Source: Spirochaetia bacterium
Lineage (GTDB): Bacteria; Spirochaetota; Spirochaetia; SZUA-6; Bin103
NCBI GenBank assembly: GCA_965203055.1
Contig: OZ241863.1
Span: 1,824,001 to 1,888,000 of the forward strand
DNA: 64,000 nt
Reading direction: 5' to 3'
Positions 38,519 through 47,782 of the stretch are shown piece after piece. Below the pieces are notes generated by a model that did not search any database, had not been told where the DNA came from, and saw only the letters and a program-made list of their open reading frames with translations. Every line of letters starts with the position of its first letter. Within the stretch, counting starts at the first letter, position 1. Both the position numbers and the translations under genes were made by a program.

Positions 38519-41500
38519 GTGTCGCCGGAGTTTATACTCCGGCCTTCGTTGAGCGGCCCGGTAGCCGTCCGACCACTCCGTCCAGCTCTGGGTGTCGCCG
38601 GAGTTTATACTCCGGCCTTCGTTGAGCGCGAGTCACCGCGAGCGGGCTCGACGAGACGGTCGAGTGTCGCCGGAGTTTATACTCCGGCCTTCGTTGAGCG
38701 CTCGATTCCCTGCTGGATCGCATCGCCAAACGACAATGTGTCGCCGGAGTTTATACTCCGGCCTTCGTTGAGCGCGGTAGGCGTTCCCCTCCCGGCCCAA
38801 GCACCGCAGCAGTGTCGCCGGAGTTTATACTCCGGCCTTCGTTGAGCGGATACCGTCAACTTCGTCCACAAGGACGAGCGGGTCGAGTGTCGCCGGAGTT
38901 TATACTCCGGCCTTCGTTGAGCGCTGGGACGGCTGGAGTTCGAGAAGAAGTCGGGCGAGTGTCGCCGGAGTTTATACTCCGGCCTTCGTTGAGCGTACCT
39001 GGACGACGAGCAGCAGCCCTTGATCGAGGGCGAGTGTCGCCGGAGTTTATACTCCGGCCTTCGTTGAGCGAGTCGAGCAGGCGAACGCCTACTCGAAGCG
39101 GTACTTCGGGTGTCGCCGGAGTTTATACTCCGGCCTTCGTTGAGCGCCTCGTGGCTCTCACATCGCGACCCGTGTCGATCATGGCGTGTCGCCGGAGTTT
39201 ATACTCCGGCCTTCGTTGAGCGAACAAGCGCACCGGCCAGACCCACCAGGGGATCGCCGGGTGTCGCCGGAGTTTATACTCCGGCCTTCGTTGAGCGGTG
39301 ACCCCGTCTGCGGACCTCGCCGTCCCCGTCGGCCCGTGTCGCCGGAGTTTATACTCCGGCCTTCGTTGAGCGTCGAACCGCGCCTTGGCGTGCTGTTCCC
39401 GCAGCTCCTCGTGTCGCCGGAGTTTATACTCCGGCCTTCGTTGAGCGGGCGGCGGCGGCCCGACCCGTGCCCGGCCTCCCGGAGGTGTCGCCGGAGTTTA
39501 TACTCCGGCCTTCGTTGAGCGTGGGAGAGGGGGGGGAGACGTTCGACCCCACCACCATCGTGTCGCCGGAGTTTATACTCCGGCCTTCGTTGAGCGCAGT
39601 CGCGCGTGTCCGTGAGCCCCCCGTGCTCGATCACGTGTCGCCGGAGTTTATACTCCGGCCTTCGTTGAGCGGACCGCGACCGGGTGACCGCGGAGGTGCG
39701 GCATCACCTGTGTCGCCGGAGTTTATACTCCGGCCTTCGTTGAGCGGATCAAGAGGTCGAAAAGCGTGACGCTGCGCGCAGCGGTGTCGCCGGAGTTTAT
39801 ACTCCGGCCTTCGTTGAGCGTACACCCCACCCGCGCCGGGCCCGCCGGCCCCGCGCACGTGTCGCCGGAGTTTATACTCCGGCCTTCGTTGAGCGCGCTT
39901 CGCCTCTGGAAGGTTGTCGAACACGCCAAGTTCGTGTCGCCGGAGTTTATACTCCGGCCTTCGTTGAGCGATTACAGCATAAGCAAAGCGAGAGCGCTAA
40001 GCGATTCCAGTGTCGCCGGAGTTTATACTCCGGCCTTCGTTGAGCGCCTGTCACGCTTGCGCCGCTACCCTGTCACGCTTGCGCGTGTCGCCGGAGTTTA
40101 TACTCCGGCCTTCGTTGAGCGGTGACCTGTTCCGCTTCCGTCTGCGCCGCGGCGTCCAGCGTGTCGCCGGAGTTTATACTCCGGCCTTCGTTGAGCGCAG
40201 TACGTCACGCAACTGCGCGCCCAGACTGCCCACTGTGTCGCCGGAGTTTATACTCCGGCCTTCGTTGAGCGAGACACTGCGCGCGCACCTCCAGCAGCGG
40301 CCCGTCGGTGTGTCGCCGGAGTTTATACTCCGGCCTTCGTTGAGCGGATATGGGGAGCTGCCAGATATTCCCCGTTCGCCCGAAAGTGTCGCCGGAGTTT
40401 ATACTCCGGCCTTCGTTGAGCGGAGCGGCTGTGCAACTGGGCCGACCGGCAGATCGAGAGTGTCGCCGGAGTTTATACTCCGGCCTTCGTTGAGCGCGTC
40501 ACCTGCCCGTGCTGGTGGTACGCATCATCCAAGTCGTGTCGCCGGAGTTTATACTCCGGCCTTCGTTGAGCGACCGGATGATCGACGGCGAAGAAGTTCT
40601 TGGCGTCGAAGTGTCGCCGGAGTTTATACTCCGGCCTTCGTTGAGCGGGGTCGATGAGCTGGAGCGGATGCGGGCACGGGCGGGTGTCGCCGGAGTTTAT
40701 ACTCCGGCCTTCGTTGAGCGGAGCGGCAGTATCGAGCTTCGTACAAACTCGCTGTCAGTGTCGCCGGAGTTTATACTCCGGCCTTCGTTGAGCGGTGAAG
40801 CTCATCGGATATAACCGCGTCCACCCATACCGAGTGTCGCCGGAGTTTATACTCCGGCCTTCGTTGAGCGTTGAGCGGCCGCGGGCGCACCTCGATGGTC
40901 TTTTGGCGTGTCGCCGGAGTTTATACTCCGGCCTTCGTTGAGCGTATCGGGGTTCCACGATGATATGGCCGGATGAGGCGGTGTCGCCGGAGTTTATACT
41001 CCGGCCTTCGTTGAGCGACCTTCTCGGCGATGTTCCGCGCCGCGCGCTTGGCGCGTGTCGCCGGAGTTTATACTCCGGCCTTCGTTGAGCGATACTGCAT
41101 GGACGACTTCTGCCGCGGGTTGAAGAACGAGTGTCGCCGGAGTTTATACTCCGGCCTTCGTTGAGCGCCGGAACTCCTGTCCGAACTCCGGCTCGACACC
41201 ATGCCGTGTCGCCGGAGTTTATACTCCGGCCTTCGTTGAGCGCCGGAACTCCTGTCCGAACTCCGGCTCGACACCATGCCGTGTCGCCGGAGTTTATACT
41301 CCGGCCTTCGTTGAGCGCCGGAACTCCTGTCCGAACTCCGGCTCGACACCATGCCGTGTCGCCGGAGTTTATACTCCGGCCTTCGTTGAGCGGTACTGCA
41401 TGGACGACTTCTGCCGCGGGTTGAAGAACGGTGTCGCCGGAGTTTATACTCCGGCCTTCGTTGAGCGACAAAGATCGCTCGGGTCTACCGCGATCTGAAA

Positions 41501-42922
41501 ACGGGTGTCGCCGGAGTTTATACTCCGGCCTTCGTTGAGCGCGTTCGATGGCGCGCGCTGTCTCGCCTTCCTTCACCCAGGTGTCGCCGGAGTTTATACT
41601 CCGGCCTTCGTTGAGCGTTCGAGCAGCACAACACCTGGCTGAAGTACACCGGCGTGTCGCCGGAGTTTATACTCCGGCCTTCGTTGAGCGCGTCTTCTGC
41701 GTGGTGCGGGCAACCTGGAACTGGTCGGTGTCGCCGGAGTTTATACTCCGGCCTTCGTTGAGCGTGGGAGAGGGTGGGGAGACGTTCAACCCCACCACCA
41801 TGTGTCGCCGGAGTTTATACTCCGGCCTTCGTTGAGCGTGGTGGACGTTCACCGCCAACAACGCCCGCGGCGACCAGTGTCGCCGGAGTTTATACTCCGG
41901 CCTTCGTTGAGCGGGCGCGTCGCAGAAGGCACTACGAGCCTTGAGGGCGTGTCGCCGGAGTTTATACTCCGGCCTTCGTTGAGCGGGGTGGCGGGTACCC
42001 AAGTATCCCTCAAGCAAGCCGAAGTGTCGCCGGAGTTTATACTCCGGCCTTCGTTGAGCGTTCCTGCACCAGGCCACGGGAAATGTGCACGTCCCAGGTG
42101 TCGCCGGAGTTTATACTCCGGCCTTCGTTGAGCGCTGGGCTTCTACGGTCATCATGCGGAAACTTCCTCATCGTGTCGCCGGAGTTTATACTCCGGCCTT
42201 CGTTGAGCGAAGGGCGGGTACTACCTGGTCACCGCAGCAACCTCTGGTGTCGCCGGAGTTTATACTCCGGCCTTCGTTGAGCGAAGGGCGGGTACTACCT
42301 GGTCACCGCAGCAACCTCTGGTGTCGCCGGAGTTTATACTCCGGCCTTCGTTGAGCGCCAAATGATCGGCAGGGTGATGCGTCCCGCCCAAGGAAGTGTC
42401 GCCGGAGTTTATACTCCGGCCTTCGTTGAGCGCGCTACTATTCGCCCACCTTTTCGATACGCGCGACTGCGTGTCGCCGGAGTTTATACTCCGGCCTTCG
42501 TTGAGCGATCAATCTGATCCATTCCGGCCCGCTCGCGGGCTGCCCGTGTCGCCGGAGTTTATACTCCGGCCTTCGTTGAGCGTGGCGCACTACCGGGCGG
42601 CTCGATGCGCTGGCAGCGTGTGTCGCCGGAGTTTATACTCCGGCCTTCGTTGAGCGCGGTGACGTGTGGGATGACATTCCCGGAATCCGCGGCAGTGTCG
42701 CCGGAGTTTATACTCCGGCCTTCGTTGAGCGGATGTAGACCGCCGGGGGCGCCGGTGTGTGACCGCGCGTGTCGCCGGAGTTTATACTCCGGCCTTCGTT
42801 GAGCGCGCTCCCTGCTGGCGACGCGCAAATTGGCGGTGCAGGCGTGTCGCCGGAGTTTATACTCCGGCCTTCGTTGAGCGTCCAGGTAGTCGGCAACGTC
42901 CGCCGGCCCGGACGGGAGGTGT
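38519..42922 (+). CRISPR. CRISPR array, leader-proximal block (59 complete repeats)
   Basis: Repeat GTGTCGCCGGAGTTTATACTCCGGCCTTCGTTGAGCG (37 bp, hairpin GCCGGAGT-TTAT-ACTCCGGC). Spacers are about 35-40 nt. Counted by hand. Confidence 0.98.
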
Positions 42923-43414
42923 TGCTGACGCCGCTCGGAAAGTGAGCCGTTTGCCGGTCGGTTTTTGACCCACCCCGGCAGTACGGAAGGAATGTAGCAG
43001 AGCCGGCGGAGAATGGGGAGGGGGTCTGGGGGAGGGATGGATTTGCTTGTGGATAAGTGGATAACCCGCATTCGATCTGAGGCAGGGATGCGGGACCTGG
43101 ACGCTGGTTGGCTGCGGTCGCCGGCCATGCTGCGGTCAGGAGCCGGAGTCTGGGCGGACCGGGCGGCTCACCGCTTGGAAATTGACCCACCGGGAGTGCG
43201 GGGCAAGCACCACCGACGCCGCCTGCGCACCGTTACGTAACGGCGCCGTGGTCCAACCGCTGGCCGGGCGACTCTTGGCGGCGGTGGCGTAGCAGGCTGA
43301 GGCCGGGCGCTCGTATGCTTTCAGGAGCTGGAGTCCGGACCGTACCGCCGCTTGGAAATTGACCCACCCCGGAAGCGGGCAACACAACCCCGGCGGGTTG
43401 GCGGCAACGGCGCG

Positions 43415-43702
43415 TCAGTCGCGCCCATACCCTCGCGGCGGTTCGACACTCGCCAGTTCGTCGAGGTCAAGTTCGCAGATCGCCTCCAGCTTCTGGGCGA
43501 GCGCGGACTCCTGGAATGCGTCGGGCAGGTTGTCGAGCCACGCTTGATACTCCTCCTGGAGGTCGAGCAGGGCGCGCACCGCAGCCCGCCAGCGTTGCGG
43601 GCGCGAGCGCCGGTCAGGCGCCTTGCGGTACTGCGCCTGCGATGGCTGAGTCTTGCGCCGCGCTCGATAGCGGCGTTGTCGTTCCGCATTCGTCAACGCC
43701 AT
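43415..43702 (-). CDS. Small IS21 passenger protein (basic N-terminal helix, hypothetical)
   Basis: 95-aa ORF MALTNAERQRRYRARRK...PPRGYGRD inside the IS ends. Confidence 0.7.
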   Translation of the reverse strand: MALTNAERQRRYRARRKTQPSQAQYRKAPDRRSRPQRWRAAVRALLDLQEEYQAWLDNLPDAFQESALAQKLEAICELDLDELASVEPPRGYGRD

Positions 43703-43823
43703 GGCGCCGCCTGCGCAACGTTACGTAACGGCGTCGGGCGGCCAGCCGTAGGCCGGGCGGTCGGCAACGGGAAGCGGCGCAACCGTGCCTGCGGCTCCTG
43801 GCCGGCCGTGACCGAACACCGGG

Positions 43824-44591
43824 TCATGGCTGCGTCCCGCCGCCGGCGTTGCGGCGGCGCGCTGCGGTGCGATAGGAGTCGCCCTTGGTGGTGATGATGT
43901 GCGAGTGGTGGCTGAGCCGGTCCAGGAGTGCCGTGGTCAACTTCTCGTCAGCGAACACGCTGACCCATTCGCCGAACGCCAGATTGGTGGTGACGAGCGT
44001 GGCGCGGCGCTCATAGCGATCAGCGATCAGGTTGAACAACAACTCGCCGCCGGCGCGGTCGAACGGAACAAAGCCCAGTTCGTCGATGATCAACAGTCTC
44101 ACCCGCCGCAGCCGCATCTGCAGCCGGCCCAGTTCGCGGTCATCGCGCGCCTCCAGGAGCTGGCGGACCAGATCGGCAGCTTTGACGAACAGCACGCGGA
44201 AGCCCCGCTTGGCGGCTTCGATGCCCAGCGCGATGGCCAGATGCGTCTTGCCGGTGCCGATCGGCCCGGCGATCACCACGTCTTCAGGTCGGGCGACGAA
44301 CTGACAGGTCGCCAGTTCGATGATCTGCTGCTTGGAGACCCCCGCCAGCGCCTCCCAGTCGATCTGTCCCAGGGTCTTCAGGTCGGGGAAGCGCGCTTCG
44401 CGCAGCCGCCGCGCGGTGGCGCTGGCGTCGCGGGCGCGGACCTCGCGGTCGAGCAGTTCCCGCAGATAGTCGGCGTAGCTCCAGGAGTCGGCCGCCGCTT
44501 GCCGCGCCAAGTGCTGGTATTCGCGCCGCATGCCCGGCAGCTTCAGCGTCTTCAGGTGCTGCTCGATCAGCGTGTCGGTCAGCTCGCTCAT
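43824..44591 (-). CDS. istB: IS21 helper ATPase IstB
   Basis: [24 protein letters not shown] and LLDRL motifs. Confidence 0.95.
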   Translation of the reverse strand: MSELTDTLIEQHLKTLKLPGMRREYQHLARQAAADSWSYADYLRELLDREVRARDASATARRLREARFPDLKTLGQIDWEALAGVSKQQIIELATCQFVARPEDVVIAGPIGTGKTHLAIALGIEAAKRGFRVLFVKAADLVRQLLEARDDRELGRLQMRLRRVRLLIIDELGFVPFDRAGGELLFNLIADRYERRATLVTTNLAFGEWVSVFADEKLTTALLDRLSHHSHIITTKGDSYRTAARRRNAGGGTQP

Positions 44592-46054
44592 CAGTCGCTG
44601 CTCAGCAGGAGCGCGTCATACGCCGCCGCAGGGGTCGACTCCACATGGTAGTGCGCCAGTGCCGCCGGTACCGCTACCCGCGCCGCAGGCATGCGCTCCG
44701 CAGACTGCGGCGCCGGCGGCGCCGCAAGCGCTTCGCTGAGCGTGTCGGCCACCAGTTGCTCGCCATGCTCGACGATGGCGCCGACCAGCTTGGCCACCAC
44801 CCGGGCTGCCTCCAGCTCCCCGTAGCGGGTACTCAGCAGCCGCCACAACTGCTCATAGGGCGCCCCCAGCTCAGCCATCAACTCGGGCGCTACCTGGCGC
44901 ACTGCCTGCGGCTTCTTCGCCAACTCATCGAGATAGTGCTGGTACTTCACCGTCCGACTCCCGCGCGGCTGCTTGACCACCGTGATCTGCTCCTCGCGCC
45001 ACTCCAGCACGATGTCCGCCACCCCCACGTAGGCGGTCGCCTGGCTGCTGCTCCAGTGACTGGGCACCGAGTACTGCGCGCCGTCCACCCGCACCAGCGC
45101 TTGCCGATTCACCGCCACCGGCACAACCTGCCGCGCCTCGTAGCTCCGCTCCGGCAGCGGCCGCAACTGCGCCCGCTCCTCGGCGAAGCGCTGCGCCACC
45201 GTGCGCCCCTGCTGGTCGGCGCGGGTAGCGCTCGCCGCATCCAGGTCCTGCACCAGCCGCCCAGCGATCGCCGCCAACGACTGGCCCCCCGGAATCGGCG
45301 TCAGGTGCTGCAGGCGTACGTTCTTGCCGCGCGCCTCCACCCCGCCCTTGTCGTGCCCCTCTCCCGGCCGCGCGAAGCACGGCTCCATCAAGTAATGCGT
45401 GCACAGCGCCAGAAACCGCGCGCTCAGTTCCCGTTCGAGCCCCAGCCGCCGTTTCACCGCCGCCTTCAGGTTGTCGTAGATGCACCGCCGCACCACCCCG
45501 CCGAAATGCTCGAAGGCGCGCACGTGCCCGTCCAGAAAGGCGACTTGGTTGCAGCGTTCGTACAGCCACGCATAGTCCCGCCCCGAATACATCAGGTGCA
45601 GCACGAACAGCCACGCCGGCTGCCGCTCCCCGGCCACCTCCACCGTCACCTCGAAGAAGTCCACCTGCGCCGCGTCGCCAGCGCGCCACACCAGCGGCAC
45701 GTACACCTCCTGCCGCGCCCGCCGCTGCTCCGCCAGGTAGGCGCGCACCGTCGTGCTGCCCACCTGGTAGCCTTCCCGCCGCAACTGCTCGTGCACCAGC
45801 GTCCCGGTGATGCGTTGCTTGCGCGTCGTCTGCGGCCTCCACTCCTGCAGCAACTCGTCGATCCGTCCCCGCACCGCAGCCAGCACCGGCTGCTGCCGCA
45901 GGCCGGCCTCCCGCCGTTGCGGCTCGTCGTCGTCGGCCACGTACTTGCGCACCGTGTTCCGGCTTACCCCCAGATCACGGGCGATCTGTCGGATCGACAG
46001 ACCTTCGTGGTGCCACTTGTGTCTGATAACGTAGGCACGATCCATCCCCAGCAT
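44591..46054 (-). CDS. istA: IS21 transposase IstA
   Basis: N-terminal HTH ([19 protein letters not shown]), AQVDF, YDN, KGGVE and YSVP motifs. Confidence 0.95.
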   Translation of the reverse strand: MLGMDRAYVIRHKWHHEGLSIRQIARDLGVSRNTVRKYVADDDEPQRREAGLRQQPVLAAVRGRIDELLQEWRPQTTRKQRITGTLVHEQLRREGYQVGSTTVRAYLAEQRRARQEVYVPLVWRAGDAAQVDFFEVTVEVAGERQPAWLFVLHLMYSGRDYAWLYERCNQVAFLDGHVRAFEHFGGVVRRCIYDNLKAAVKRRLGLERELSARFLALCTHYLMEPCFARPGEGHDKGGVEARGKNVRLQHLTPIPGGQSLAAIAGRLVQDLDAASATRADQQGRTVAQRFAEERAQLRPLPERSYEARQVVPVAVNRQALVRVDGAQYSVPSHWSSSQATAYVGVADIVLEWREEQITVVKQPRGSRTVKYQHYLDELAKKPQAVRQVAPELMAELGAPYEQLWRLLSTRYGELEAARVVAKLVGAIVEHGEQLVADTLSEALAAPPAPQSAERMPAARVAVPAALAHYHVESTPAAAYDALLLSSD

Positions 46055-46173
46055 CCTTCTCTCCGGTCAGTTTGTTGTGTTGGCAACGCCAAACTTACCA
46101 ACCGGAGGCTGACTGCCGGGGGTGGGTCAATTTCTAACCGGCAAATGGCTCACTTTCCGACCGGCGCGCGCAG

Positions 46174-47782
46174 GTGTCGCCGGAGTTTATACTCCGGCCT
46201 TCGTTGAGCGGGTACGCAAATGCAATTCCCAGGGCTTGGCGACCGGCGGGTGTCGCCGGAGTTTATACTCCGGCCTTCGTTGAGCGACATCGGCCCCGCG
46301 GCCCGCAAGTGTTCAAGGGAGGGGTGTCGCCGGAGTTTATACTCCGGCCTTCGTTGAGCGCATCCGACTCGCCACCTGCGGGACCTTTTCCAGCCGTGTC
46401 GCCGGAGTTTATACTCCGGCCTTCGTTGAGCGCTGTACGAACCTACCAACCGCGGCTACCGATATGGAGGTGTCGCCGGAGTTTATACTCCGGCCTTCGT
46501 TGAGCGGATGTGCGCCGGGCCGCGCCTCAGTAGCTCAATCGGAAGTGTCGCCGGAGTTTATACTCCGGCCTTCGTTGAGCGCCAGACACGGCCAGGCGCG
46601 CCGCGGCGCAACCACGGGGGTGTCGCCGGAGTTTATACTCCGGCCTTCGTTGAGCGAGCGGGCGGTTCGCGTTCGGGAAGCGCGGCACCGACAGCGTGTC
46701 GCCGGAGTTTATACTCCGGCCTTCGTTGAGCGACGTCGATCCCGCCGCTGCGCGCCGCCGACAGCACGTGTGTCGCCGGAGTTTATACTCCGGCCTTCGT
46801 TGAGCGATGGTGACCGGAAGGATGCGCCAGGTATCCTGCCAGTGTCGCCGGAGTTTATACTCCGGCCTTCGTTGAGCGACCTGGACGTGGGGAGCGCCGG
46901 CGTCGCCGCGCTGCGGGTGTCGCCGGAGTTTATACTCCGGCCTTCGTTGAGCGATGAGCCGCAAATCTGCGGATTCGCTATACCCAACCGTGTCGCCGGA
47001 GTTTATACTCCGGCCTTCGTTGAGCGAGGTCGAACAAACAGTAGGCCGCCAGCATGATCCGGTGTGGTGTCGCCGGAGTTTATACTCCGGCCTTCGTTGA
47101 GCGATGAGCCGCAAATCTGCGGATTCGCTATACCCAACCGTGTCGCCGGAGTTTATACTCCGGCCTTCGTTGAGCGAGGTCGAACAAACAGTAGGCCGCC
47201 AGCATGATCCGGTGTGGTGTCGCCGGAGTTTATACTCCGGCCTTCGTTGAGCGAGAAGTGAGCCGGCGCTTCTTCTTCTTCTCGTCGCGTGTCGCCGGAG
47301 TTTATACTCCGGCCTTCGTTGAGCGGGGCCGCGGCGAGTTTACCCCGGACGACGACCCGCCCGAGTGTCGCCGGAGTTTATACTCCGGCCTTCGTTGAGC
47401 GGATGCCTGGCCGATCACCCAGGCGGCGCCGCCGGCGCCGGTGTCGCCGGAGTTTATGCTCCGGCCTTCGTTGAGCGACCGAGGAGATCAACCGGTTTGT
47501 CGAGGCCGGGGTCCCGTGTCGCCGGGGTTTATACTCCGGCCTTGGTTGAGCAGCCCGCCTGCGAGACGCCCGGCCGTCCGACCCGGAGCCGTGTCGCCGG
47601 AGTTTATGCTCCGGCCTTCGTTGAGCAGAGAAACTTGACCAGTTGATCCGGCAGCGGCCCGACGGTGTCGCCGGAGTTTATACTCCGGCCTTCGTTGAGC
47701 GTTCACGCGGAACACCATCTACGAGGATGAACGGGTCGAGTGTCGCCGGAGTCTATGTCTATACTCCGGCCTTCGTTGAGCG
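46174..47782 (+). CRISPR. CRISPR array, trailer block (22 repeats)
   Basis: Same repeat. Variant copies at 47441, 47516 and 47591, and a terminal repeat at 47740 with a 6-nt insertion. Confidence 0.97.

Larger units (their letters stand above)
42923..46172 (-). mobile_element. IS21-family element with passenger gene, inserted in a CRISPR repeat
   Basis: TG...CA ends with inverted repeats TGCTGACGCCGCTCGGAAAGTGAGCC / TGCGCGCGCCGGTCGGAAAGTGAGCC. 5-bp TSD GGTGT at 42918-42922 and 46173-46177. Confidence 0.93.

Noticed and set aside
42923..46172. CRISPR-associated transposon (CAST)
   Set aside because: No TnsABC/TniQ, Cas3 is intact, and IstAB lie within their own inverted repeats and TSD as an ordinary insertion.
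38519..47782. Self-targeting spacers within the window
   Set aside because: No match was noticed by eye. This was not exhaustive and needs an alignment of all 80 spacers.
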